From the NCBI GenBank assembly GCA_964016885.1, contig OZ024764.1:28892001-28956000 (forward strand): a DNA stretch of 64,000 nt. Reading direction: 5' to 3'. The notes under the pieces were generated by a model, which was given only the letters and a program-made list of their open reading frames with translations, had not been told where the DNA came from and ran no database searches. Below are positions 23,701 to 35,269 of the stretch, in pieces (the first letter of the stretch is position 1; each line of letters starts with the position of its first letter). The DNA is from Eledone cirrhosa. Its lineage: Eukaryota. The position numbers and the translations under genes are program-made.

Positions 23701-26700
23701 CGCTCTCTCTCTCCTGTTTCATCTCGCTCTCTCTCTCCTGTTTCATCTCGCTCTCTACTCTCGTTTCCTCTCTCTCGTATCCTCTCTCTCGTTTCCTCTC
23801 TCTCTCGTTTCCTCTCTCTATCGTTTCCTCTAGCTCTCACTCTCTCGTTTCATCTCGCTCTCTCTCTCTCATTTCATCTCGCTCTCTCTCTCTCGTTTCA
23901 TCTCGCTCTAATCTGTCTCGTTTCATTTCGCTCTCTCTCTCTCTCGTTTCACCTCGCTCTCTCTGTCTCGTTTCATCTCGCTCTCTCTCTCTCATTTCAT
24001 CTCGCTCTCTCTCTCTCATTTCATCTCGCTCTCTCTCTCTCGTTTCATCTCGCTCTCACTCTCTCATTTCATCTCGCTCTCTCTCTCTCGTTTGATCTCG
24101 CTCTCACTCTCTCTTCCTCTCTCTCTCTTGTTTCAACACTCTAATCCCTCACTTGTTTCATCTCTCTCTTATCCCTCACTTGTTTCATCTCTCTCAGAAT
24201 TATTAGCCACAGGGGCAGAGATATCCATAACATTACATGTCAGAATTATTAGCCACAGGGGCAGAGATGTCCATAACATTACATGACAGATTTATTAGCC
24301 ACAGGGGCAGAGATGTCCATAACATTACATGACAAATTTATTAGCCACAGGGGCAGAGATGTCCATAACATTACATGACAGAATTATTAGCCACAGGGGC
24401 AGAGATGTCCATAACATTACATGACATAATTATTAGCCACAGGGACAGAGATGTCCATAACATTACATGACAGAATTATTTGCCACAGGAGCAGAGATGT
24501 ACATAACATTACATGACAATTATTAGCCCCAAGGGTAGATATGTCCATAACATTACATGACAATTATTAGCCCCAAGGGCAGATATGTCCATAACATTAC
24601 ATGACAGACTTTCATCTCGCGCTCTCTCTCTTCCTCTCTCTCGTTTCATCTCGCTCTCTCTCTCTCGTTTCATCTCGCTCTCTCTCTCTCGTTTCATCTC
24701 GCTCTCTCTCTCTCGTTTCATCTCGCGCTCTCTCTCTTCCTCTCTCTCGTTTCATCTCGCTCTCTCTCTCTCTCGTTTCATATCTGTCTTCCTCTCTCTC
24801 GTTCCATCTCTCTATTCCTCTCTCTCTCGTTTCATCTAGCTATCACTCTCTCGTTTCATCTCCCTCTATCTCTCTCTCGCTCTCTCGTTTCATCTCTCCC
24901 TCCCTCTCGTTTCATCTCGCTCTCTCTCTCCGGTTTCATCTCGCTCTCTCTCTCTCCTGTTTCATCTTGCTCTCTACTCTCGTTTCCTCTCTCTTGTTTC
25001 CTCTCTCTAGTTTCCTCTCTCTCTCGTTTCCTCTCTCTCTCGTTTCATCTAGCTCTCACTCTCTCGTTTCATCTCGCTCTCTCTGACTCGTTCCATCTCG
25101 CTCTCACTCTCTCGTTTCATCTCGCTCTCTCTCATTTCATCTCGCTCTCACTCTCTCGTTTCATCTCGCTCTCTCTGACTCGTTCCATCTCGCTCTCACT
25201 CTCTCGTTTCATCTCGCTCTCACTCTCTCGTTTCATCTCGCTCTCTCTGTCTCGTTTCATCCCGCTCTCTCTGTCTCGTTTCATCTCGCTCTCTCTCCCT
25301 CATTTCATCTCGCTCTCTCTCTCTCATTTCATCTCGCTCTCTCTCTCTCATTTCATCTCGCCCTCTCTCACTCTCTCGTTTCATCTCACTCTCAATCTCT
25401 CATTTCATCTCGCTCTCTCTCTCTCACTTCATCTCGCGCTCTCTCTCTTCCTCTCTCTCGTTTCATCTCGCGCTCTCTCTCTTCCTCTCTCTCGTTTCAT
25501 CTCGCTCTCTCTCTCTCTCTCGTTTCATCTTGCGCTCTCTCTCTTCCTCTCTCTCGTTTCATCTCGATCTCTCTCTGTCTCGTTTCATCTCTGTCCTCCT
25601 CTCGCTCGTTCCATCTCTCTCTTCCTCTCTCTCGTTCCATCTCTCTCTTCCTCTCTCTCGTTTCATCTTGCTCTCTCTCTCTCTCGTTTCATCTCTGTCT
25701 TCCTCTCTCTCGTTCCATCTCTCTCTTCCTCTCTCTCGTTCCATCTCTCTCTTCCTCTCTCTCGTTTCATCTCTCTCTCTCGTTTCATCTCTATCTCCCT
25801 CGTTTCATCTGTCTCTCTCTCTGTCGTTTCATCTCCCTCTATCTCTCTCTCGCTCTCTCGTTTCATCTCTCTCTCCCTCTCGTTTCATCTCGCTTTCTCT
25901 CTCCTGTTTCATCTCGCTCTCTCTCTCCTGTTTCATCTCGCTCTCTACTCTCGTTTCCTCTCTCTCGTTTCGTATCTCTCGTTTCCTCTCTCTCTCGTTT
26001 CATCTAGCTCTCCTACTCTCGTTTCATCTCGCTCTCTCTGTCTCGTTCCATCTCGCTCTCACTCTCTCGTTTCATCTCGCTCTCTCTCTCTCATTTCATC
26101 TCGCTCTCTCTCTCTCATTTCATCTCGCTCTCTCTCTCTCGTTTCATCTCGCTCTCTCTGTCTCGTTTCATCTCGCTCTTGCTCTCTCTGTCACGTTTCA
26201 TCCCGCTCTCTCTGTCTCGTTTCATCTCGCTCTCTCTCTCTCATTTCATCTCGCTCTCTCTCTCTCATTTCATCTCGCTCTCTCTCTCTCTCTCGTTTGA
26301 TCTCGCTCTCACTCTCTCTTCCTCTCTCTCTCTTGTTTCAACACTCTAATCCCTCACTTGTTTCATCTCTCTCTTATCCCTCACTTGTTTCATCTCTCTC
26401 AGAATTATTAGCCACAGGGGCAGAGATATCCATAACATTACATGTCAGAATTATTAGCCACAGGGGCAGAGATGTCCATAACATTACATGACAGATTTAT
26501 TAGCCACAGGGGCAGAGATGTCTATAACATTACATGACAAATTTATTAGCCACAGGGGCAGAGATGTCCATAACATTACATGACAGAATTATTAGCCACA
26601 GGGGCAGAGATGTCCATAACATTACATGACATAATTATTAGCCACAGGGACAGAGATGTCCATAACATTACATGACAGAATTATTTGCCACAGGGGCAGA

Positions 26701-29700
26701 GATGTACATAACATTACATGACAATTATTAGCCCCAAGGGTAGATATGTCCATAACATTACATGACAATTATTAGCCCCAAGGGCAGATATGTCCATAAC
26801 ATTACATGACAGACTTTCATCTCGCGCTCTCTCTTTTCCTCTCTCTCGTTTCATCTCGCTCTCTCTCTCTCGTTTCATCTCGCTCTCTCTCTCTCGTTTC
26901 ATCTCGCTCTCTCTCTCTCGTTTCATCTCGCGCTCTCTCTCTTCCTCTCTCTCGTTACATCTCGCTCTCTCTCTCTCTCGTTTCATATCTGTCTTCCTCT
27001 CTCTCGTTCCATCTCTCTATTCCTCTCTCTCTCGTTTCATCTAACTATCACTCTCTCGTTTCATCTCCCTCTATCTCTCTCTCGCTCTCTCGTTTCATCT
27101 CTCCCTCCCTCTCGTTTCATCTCGCTCTCTCTCTCCGGTTTCATCTCGCTCTCTCTCTCTCCTGTTTCATCTTGCTCTCTACTCTCGTTTCCTCTCTCTT
27201 GTTTCCTCTCTCTAGTTTCCTCTCTCTCTCGTTTCCTCTCTCTCTCGTTTCATCTAGCTCTCACTCTCTCGTTTCATCTCGCTCTCTCTGACTCGTTCCA
27301 TCTCGCTCTCACTCTCTCGCTTCATCTCGCTCTCTCTCTCTCATTTCATCTCGCTCTCTCTCTCTCATTTCATCTCGATCTCTCTGTCTCGTTTCATCCC
27401 GCTCTCTCTGTCTCGTTTCATCTCGCTCTCTCTCTCTCATTTCATCTCGCTCTCTCTCTCTCATTTCATCTCGCTCTCTCTCTCTCATTTCATCTCGCTC
27501 TCTCTCACTCTCTCGTTTCATCTCACTCTCAATCTCTCATTTCATCTCGCTCTCTCTCTCTCACTTCATCTCGCGCTCTCTCTCTTCCTCTCTCTCGTTT
27601 CATCTCGCGCTCTCTCTCTTCCTCTCTCTCGTTTCAACTCGCTCTCTCTCTCTCTCTCGTTTCATCTTGCGCTCTCTCTCTTCCTCTCTCTCGTTTCATC
27701 TCGATCTCTCTCTGTCTCGTTTCATCTCTGTCTTCCTCTCGCTCGTTCCATCTCTCTCTTCCTCTCTCTCGTTCCATCTCTCTCTTCCTCTCTCTCGTTT
27801 CATCTTGCTCTCTCTCTCTCTCGTTTCATCTTTGTCTTCCTCTCTCTCGTTCCATCTCTCTCTTCCTCTCTCTCGTTCCATCTCTCTCTTCCTCTCTCTC
27901 GTTTCATCTCTCTCTCTCGTTTCATCTCTATCTCCCTCGTTTCATCTGTCTCTCTCTCTGTCGTTTCATCTCCCTCTATCTCTCTCTCGCTCTCTCGTTT
28001 CATCTCTCTCTCCCTCTCGTTTCATCTCGCTTTCTCTCTCCTGTTTCATCTCGCTCTCTCTCTCCTGTTTCATCTCGCTCTCTACTCTCGTTTCCTCTCT
28101 CTCGTTTCGTATCTCTCGTTTCCTCTCTCTCTCGTTTCATCTAGCTCTCCTACTCTCGTTTCATCTCGCTCTCTCTGTCTCGTTCCATCTCGCTCTCACT
28201 CTCTCGTTTCATCTCGCTCTCTCTCTCTCATTTCATCTCGCTCTCTCTCTCTCATTTCATCTCGCTCTCTCTCTCTCGTTTCATCTCGCTCTCTCTGTCT
28301 CGTTTCATCTCGCTCTTGCTCTCTCTGTCACGTTTCATCCCGCTCTCTCTGTCTCGTTTCATCTCGCTCTCTCTCTCTCATTTCATCTCGCTCTCTCTCT
28401 CTCATTTCATCTCGCTCTCTCTCTCTCTCTCGTTTCATCTTGCTCTCACTCTCTCTTCCTCTCTCTCTCTTGTTTCAACACTCTAATCCCTCACTTGTTT
28501 CATCTCTCTCAGAATTATTAGCCACAGGGGCAGAGATGTCCATAACATTACATGTCAGAATTATTAGCCACAGGGGCAGAGATGTCCATAACATTACATG
28601 TCAGAATTATTAGCCACAGGGGCAGAGATGTCCATAACATTACATGACAGATTTATTAGCCACAGGGGCAGAGATGTCCATAACATTACATGACGAATTT
28701 ATTAGCCACAGGGGCAGAGATGTCCATAACATTACATGTCAGAATTATTAGCTACAGGGGCAGAGATGTCCATAACATTACATGTCAGAATTATTAGCCA
28801 CAGGGGCAGAGATGTCCATAACATTACATGACAGATTTATTAGCCACAGTGGCAGAGATGTCCGTAACATTAAATGACAGATTTATTAGCCACAGGGGCA
28901 GAGATTCCATAACATTACATGTCAGAATTATTAGCCACAGGGGCAGAGATTTCCATAACATTACATGACAGAATTATTAGCCACAGGGGCAGAGATGTCC
29001 ATAACATTACATGACAGAATTATTAGCCACAGGGGCAGAGATGTCCATAACATTACATGACAATTATTAGCCCCAGGGTCAGATATGTCCATGACAGAGT
29101 TTCATCTCTCGCTCTCTCTCTTCCTCTCTCTCATTTCATCTCGCTCTCTCTCTTCCTCTCTCTCGTTTCATCTCGCTCTCTCTCTCGTTTCATCTCGCTC
29201 TCTCTCTCTCTCGTTTCACCTCTGTCTTCTTCTCTCTCGTTTCATCTCTCTCTTCCTCTCTCTCGTTCTATCTCTCTCTTCCTCTCTCTCGTTTCATCTC
29301 TCTCTCTCGTTTCATCTCTATATCCCTCGTTTCATCTGTCTCTCTCTCTGTCGTTTCATTTCCCTCTATCTCTCTCTCGCTCTCTCGTTTCATCTCTCTC
29401 TCCCTCTCCTTTCATCTCGCTCTCTCTCTCCTGTTTCATCTCGCTCTCTACTCACGTTTCCTCTCTCTCGTTTCCTCTCTTTCTCGTTTCATCTCTCTCT
29501 CGTTTCATCTCTCTATGTCTCATTTCATCTCGCTCTCTCTCTCTCTCATTTCATCTCGTTCTCTCTCTCTCTCATTTCATCTCGCTCTCACTCTCTCGTT
29601 TCATCTCGCTCTCTCACTCTCGTTTCATCTCGCACTCTCTCTCTCGTTTCATCTCTCTCTCTCTCTCTCTCATTTCATCTCGCTCTCTGTCTCGTGTCAT

Positions 29701-29720
29701 CTCGCTCTCTCTGTCTCTCG
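14750..29720 (+). repeat. Composite satellite block 1, right arm (orientation A): 46-bp repeat runs alternating with 8 CT-rich modules
   Basis: Reverse-complement architecture of the left arm. Modules at ~15301-16144, 16556-18294, 18710-20129, 20543-22266, 22774-24195, 24609-26400, 26814-28511 and 29099-29720 (truncated). Confidence 0.95.
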
Positions 29721-29868
29721 GGTCTGACGCCATGCTTTCCAGCATAGTTACGTCCCTTTACGATCCGAGGTCAACTTTGCCTTTCATCCTTACGGGGTCG
29801 ATAAAATAAAGTACTAGTAATGTACTGGTTAATTACTGACCTTGTGCCTAAAATAGAAACAATTATTA
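29721..29868 (+). mobile_element. 5'-truncated SINE of the same octopus-type family at the right edge of block 1
   Basis: GAGGTCAACTTTGCCTTTCATCCTTACGGGGTCGATAAAATAAAGTAC...CCTTGTGCCTAAAATAGAAACAATTATT aligns with 3186-3360. Confidence 0.8.
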
Positions 29869-30429
29869 GTTCAAAGAGAAACCACCATCATAGAGAAACC
29901 ACCATCCTACCTGAAATATTATGTTATCATATTAAATATTTCTTATACTGTCATGTTTTTTCTTTAAAACGATTGCATTTCAATAAAGTGAAGAAAACTA
30001 TTATATACTGTTGTTATATCATTATACTTTAGTTTTAACTTATTATATCTATGTGTATAAATATAATGTATGTAAGTGTGTTTGAAAATATATAATAATA
30101 ATATGCATGTTTGAAGCAGGGTTCAACTGAAATATCTACACCGGTAACTTAATTAGTGTTACACCTTAGGCATAAACTATTTGGCATTCTTTGAAGGAGG
30201 TACTAGGTTTTTCAATGTCTTAAATGGAGTATACACGCGCACACAATGCATATATATAAATTGTTTTTCTCTGTACAAAGAGATTGACATCATTTCTTAA
30301 ATCATTATTTAGGGTTTTACAACAAAACATATTGTATGTGTAATTATACAAATTGAATTTAAGTATTTATTTTAAAATTTTACATACACTTTAGTAGTAT
30401 ATATATATATATATATATATATTCATTTG

Positions 30430-31175
30430 TGATGCCATGCATTGTATTGTACACTTCGACATATGAATTACGTTCATGCAACACTTCTCTTATCATAGCC
30501 ATTTTTTATGGTGAGCAGTCATTATTTGTTGGTACTAGGGCAGTGGATTGGCAGTATCGGTAGAGCGCCAGACACCATGCTTTACAGCATAGGGTTATGG
30601 CCATTTACGTTCTGGGTTCAAATCCCTCCAAGGTTGACTTTGTTTTCATCCTTATGAGGTCGATAGAATAAAGTACCAGTAATTGCTGGCCTTGTGCCAG
30701 AAACAATTATTTGGTTGTACTTCCAATCTGTGCTACACACCTTCGTTCCCATCAATAATATATAACTGGTCATATTGTGGTGTATTTTCTGCAGGTTACA
30801 GAGATGGGGGTGTAGTGATATGTTTGACCCTGAATATGAAAGCTATACGGGCCTCTGCCGGGTGGTAACACCAAATGAAGTGAAATAAATGTAGTTTTAA
30901 TTGCAGATGTTTCTGTGAAATCAACTGCTTCCTGGCCTCTTTCAAAGAGATTTCTCAGTCTCTCAGGGTATATTTGCAATGGTGGCAACACAACCTTTCC
31001 TTTATTACAACAGTTACAATTTTCATTTCTAAATTTCAAAGCTCCACAGTGATCACACGAAACATTCATATCACTAATATGAAATTCTTCTACATTTCCA
31101 TTATTATTAATTGTTGGCCAATTTCTCTTACAACGCTCATTATCCATTCTTCTCTGTCTGAATGTTTTCCATTCT
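30430..31175 (-). pseudogene. Helitron RepHel 5' fragment (Cys-rich N-terminal region), copy C
   Basis: Near-identical to 3079-3825 (ORF 30770-31147: CDHCGALKF..CCNKGKVVLP, GPYSFHIQGQ). Truncated next to a (TA)n tract at 30398-30421. Confidence 0.9.
30537..30705 (+). mobile_element. SINE copy inside Helitron fragment C
   Basis: Same 169-bp insertion and same TSD as 3186-3354. Confidence 0.85.
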
Positions 31176-31403
31176 GTTGTTTATTATGTAATTAAATAGC
31201 TCTGTACAATACATAGAGCACTCTTCTTTTCTTTACCTTTTCTATGGAAATACAAGAACAAACATGTAAATATATATATATATGTATATACATAAACAAG
31301 ACTGTTATTGCTCCAACCAGTCTATTTACCTTTGATAACTATCCTAAATATAAATACACCTATACCATACATACATATATCATATATGTTTTTGATGCCG
31401 TGG

Positions 31404-31760
31404 TATAGCAGAGATAAGCAAGAAGAGAAAAGAAAATGAAAAGGAGAAAAAAAAAGAAGTAAGAAGTCGGGGGAGGGACAAACACTTCACCCCAGTCTAA
31501 GTGGTCCCTCAGCCGCAACCTGTGGAAGAAACGTAAAAGCGTTACCTCGGAGCAAGGCCAGAGACACCTGCTACAATAGTCGCCCCTCCTCATGAGGCTC
31601 CTGTCATCTTTCCTCCCGACTTTATGGAGGAAATCAGCAGTACAGGGACCAAGTATGGCAGAGGTCTCAATGGAGTGGAAGAGGTGAGTCAGGCCTTGGT
31701 ACTATCTTACTATCCTCTGCATTGCGGGGTGTGGAGCCTAGGTTTGTGGCTGTAGCTATA
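31404..31760. mobile_element. 357-bp GC-rich unclassified element, copy C
   Basis: Paralogue of 4067-4423. Confidence 0.3.
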
Positions 31761-32205
31761 TTTGAACTTTTATATGAAATTTCAGTTTTATATTTTTCAC
31801 ATCATAAAACTTAATCTTAGTCTTTTGCAGCTCATCTTGTTTCATCTCGCAGCACACGATTTGGGAACCACTGCTCTAGAGATAGAAAAAGTATATTTTA
31901 TGCAGGGCTTCCCTGAGACATAAAAACTATTTCAAGAGATCGACATGGGTAGAAAGGTTGAGAAATGCTGCACAATGTTCTTTGGTTTTTGTTCACCTTT
32001 AGATAATCATGTATAAAATATCGGGTGTGCAAGATTTCATGAAAAGGTATAACATTATTTATGCTGGTCTTGCAGGGACTAGCTCCAATTGAGAGTTGTA
32101 CCAATTCCCACTAAACTCGAAACTCCTGGACAATATATACATATCTTTATAAGTTCCTGTGTATTGTGTCGCTGTATAATGAAACATAAATATATACCAT
32201 GCATG

Positions 32206-32453
32206 TCAGTCAGATTTGAACTCACTATATTTGGCGTTTTATAGACAGAATTTGTTTGTTAAAACAATTGATTAAATAATAACTAAATAAAATTAATTCT
32301 ACAATCCTGGATAGGGAATGAACTTATAACTTCATAATAGAAGCCATCTATTCGAGCAGTATTGCCATCTAAGCCACCAGGTTACTTACAGAACTTCATT
32401 CAAATATAAAATATAAAATATATGCCAGACATAGTGAGTTCGAATCTGACTGA
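32206..32453. repeat. 30-bp inverted repeat containing a B-box-like motif and enclosing a tRNA-like fragment
   Basis: TCAGTCAGATTTGAACTCACTATATTTGGC (32206-32235) matches the reverse complement of 32424-32453 with 3 mismatches. The interior minus strand reads GGTGGCTTAGATGG...AGTTCATTCCC. Confidence 0.6.
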
Positions 32454-32570
32454 TTAGTTGGTCATTGTCCCAGCCAACAGTTTAAATCGCCAACCAGTAG
32501 GTGACATCGACTAGGTTGGGAAAACTTGGTTAAGTAGCTCCAGTTATTGCTACGTTAGACATATTCAAGA

Positions 32571-32679
32571 CTTATCGACACCGAATGGAAGAAAGGTAAA
32601 GTTGAACTCAGAGTAAAGAACAGGAAAAATACTGCAAAGAATTCTATCTGATGTTCTAACAATTCTACCAAATTACCTT
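32571..32679 (-). mobile_element. Diverged SINE fragment (same family, reverse orientation)
   Basis: Reverse complement reads TTGGTAGAATTGTTAGAAC...CTGAGTTCAACTTTACCTTTCTTCCATTCGGTGTCGATAAG. Confidence 0.65.
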
Positions 32680-32754
32680 ATGTATATATATTTATATCTA
32701 GAGATAAGAAGAAAACTGAAAGAAAGAAAAAAAAAAATGAGACCTTATATGTAA

Positions 32755-32823
32755 CCCATGACCAGGATTGAAACCGAAACCAGGACTACCACCATCTCTG
32801 GTATCACCCACCAGACCACCATG
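32755..32823 (-). other. Degenerate tRNA-like Pol III head
   Basis: Minus strand reads CATGGTGGTCTGGTGG...GGTTTCAATCCTGGTCATG, with A/B-box-like spacing. Not a foldable tRNA. Confidence 0.35.
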
Positions 32824-33600
32824 AAAGATACAAAAATTTGCTTTTTTAATATTTATAAGCCTACTTTCAATATTAAAGTAATTAACATGTGGTGTTGTTC
32901 ATGCCTTTCTCTATGTTATTGGTAAAAAATAAAGTATTTAAACCTCAAATTTTGTTATTCAAATATGCTTGCTTATGTAATTATAAATGTCGCAGAATAC
33001 ACACACATATATAGATGTGAAAATATTCAGGACCCCAACGGCTGTGCTACTGCCGTTTCGACATCTATATATATATATTTTTGTCCTAGGCTCTTTCAGC
33101 GCAGAAAGAATTCTCCAATGATCACAACCAGCTAATGGTGCCCAGTGGAAGCACTTTAGTCTAATTGTAACCCCAACGATCACGATTAGCGGCGGCTTTT
33201 TCGAGTCTGAGGTTGACTGCCAGATATATATATATATATCTATATATATATATATATATTTTTATACTTTGCTAGAATCCCGGAGAACAACAGAAAGATG
33301 CTGAGTTCAGAGTTTAAAAAACATGTCCCCTTTAATATAAAAACAATCCGAGTCTTGTAAAAGTGTTATTACTGTAATATAAAGTAGAAACCCTTTATTT
33401 AAACAAAGCTGCGATGCAGCGATCATCAAAGCAAACCCCAAAATGTAAACAAACTTCTCGCAGGTGCTGCCAGATACACGATAACATGTGTATACGAAGT
33501 GTAACAGGGAGTTGGGTCGTATTATATGACTTTCAAATTGACCCCTATTATATTCAAATTATCCCCTGTGGGGCGTGCACCCCACGTTGAGAATCCCTCA

Positions 33601-33890
33601 TAAATAAATATATGTGAGTGTGTTGCTATGACTGCTATTTCTAGCAGGTTTACTGCAGTCCTGTAGACGCACAACAAAAACCGGAAGTGGCAGCCATTAA
33701 AAAACTTTGGCTTAAAATCAGCCAAAAGATTTTCAATAATAGTAAAATTTTATTTTTGACAAGGACGATAACTTTTGTCTTACTTAATCGCAAAAATCGA
33801 GGCAAAAATTTTGAGGGTGTGCAGTTTACACGCTAAAAATAAACCTGCTAGAAATAGCAGTCATAGCAACTCACTTACATATATTTATAT
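33601..33890. mobile_element. MITE-like unit with ~45-bp terminal inverted repeats nested in the IR arm (mirror copy ~34515-34800)
   Basis: TATGTGAGTGTGTTGCTATGACTGCTATTTCTAGCAGGTTTA (33611-33652) pairs with TAAACCTGCTAGAAATAGCAGTCATAGCAACTCACTTACATA (33840-33881), in TA-rich flanks. Confidence 0.6.
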
Positions 33891-33894
33891 ATCA

Positions 33895-34014
33895 TATATA
33901 TATATATATGATATATATATGGACACTTTAGAAATAGCAGCGAATAACAGAAAGGACACACACACACACACATATATATATATACACACACACACATATA
34001 TATATATGCCCCAG

Positions 34015-34080
<66 letters not shown>

Positions 34081-34150
34081 TATATATATATGCCCCAGCA
34101 TACACACACACACACACATATATATACATATATATATATATGCCCCAGCA
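33895..34150. repeat. Compound (TA)n/(CA)n microsatellite with 3 TGCCCCAGCA interruptions
   Basis: TGCCCCAGCA at ~34007, 34091 and 34141 within TA/CA runs. Confidence 0.85.
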
Positions 34151-34479
34151 TGGTCTTGGACGATCGTCTAACTAAGACCAATAATAAAATACTTCAAAAT
34201 AAATTAAACACCCCTAAATCCGGGGTTACAACTTGGATTACTTAAAAGTCAGTAAAGCTGTAAAGATTCTATATTGTAAATAGGTGGTCGCATGTTCGAA
34301 TCCGGGCAAATCCCGAGAAAAATAACAAAAAGGACAATGTAAAAATAACAGCCATAGACGAGAGGAGGACACACACATGTATATATATATATATGTGTGT
34401 CTGTGTATGTGTTTGGCTGCTATATATATATATAGCGGTCAACACACACACACGTACATATATAAGTGTGTGTGTTTGG

Positions 34480-34515
<36 letters not shown>

Positions 34516-34801
34516 ATATAAATATATGTGAGTGGCTATGACTGCTATTTCTAGCAGGTTTATTTTAGCGTGTTAACTGGACACCCGCAAAATTTTTGCC
34601 TCGATTTTTGCGATTAAGTAAGACAAAAGTTATCGTCCTTGTCAAAAATAAAATTTTACTATTATTGAAAATCTTTTGGCTGATTTTAAGCCGAAGTTTT
34701 TTAATGGCTGCCACTTCCGGTTTTTGTTGTGCGTCTACAGGACAGCCAGAAACCTACTAGAAATAGCAGTCATAACAACACACTTATGTATATTTATATA
34801 T

Positions 34802-35135
34802 CAGGGATTCTCAACGAAGGGTACACGCCCCACAGGGGGCAATTTGAATTTAATAGGGGCCAATTAGAAAGTGATATAATACGACCAAACTTCCAGTTAC
34901 ACTTTGTTCACATGTTATCGTGTATCTGGCAGCAGCTACGAGAAGTTTGTTTATATTTTGAAGTTTGTTTTGATCATCGCGGCATCGTAGCTTTGTTTAA
35001 TTAAAGCATTTCTACTTTATATTACAGTAGTAACACTTTTACAAGACTCGGTTTATTTCTATATTAAAGGGGAACATAAACCTAATTTTTAAACGTTGAG
35101 GTGGGGCATGGAGCAAAAAAGGTTTGGAACTACTG
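34802..35135. mobile_element. Degenerate hAT (Charlie-like) MITE
   Basis: Left end CAGGGATTCTCAAC; right end AAAAAAGGTTTGGAACTACTG. Partial copies occur in the other IR arms. No TSD seen. Confidence 0.5.
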
Positions 35136-35269
35136 AAGACAACGAATCATCGTTTTTATTAATGTAAACAAACTTCTCGCAGGTGCTGCCAGATACACGA
35201 TAACATGTGTATACGAAGTGTAACAGGGAGTTGGGTCGTATTATATGACTTTCAAATTGACCCCTATTA

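Larger units (their letters stand above)
30430..32221 (+). repeat. ~1.8-kb direct duplicate of 3079-4883
   Basis: Colinear, highly similar sequence from TGATGCCATGC to GTCAGATTTGAAC, including the SINE, TA tract, 357-bp element and hAT end. Confidence 0.93.
33323..35077. repeat. Long imperfect inverted repeat 1 (arms ~33323-33909 and ~34495-35077) around a TA/CA-microsatellite-rich spacer
   Basis: The arms are reverse complements end to end. The same pseudo-ORF (MADFKPKFFNGCHFRFLLCVYRTA) appears on opposite strands at 33522-33725 and 34676-34867. Confidence 0.9.

Noticed and set aside
4883-29720. CRISPR-like alternation of conserved repeats and variable spacers
   Set aside because: The 46-mers are directly tandem, the spacers are long, low-complexity and mutually homologous, there are no cas genes, and the context is eukaryotic.
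33037-33072. Hairpin AACGGC-TGTGCTACT-GCCGTT followed by CTAT as a Helitron end
   Set aside because: It ends in CTAT rather than CTRR, is on the wrong strand for the Helitron copies, and has no other support.
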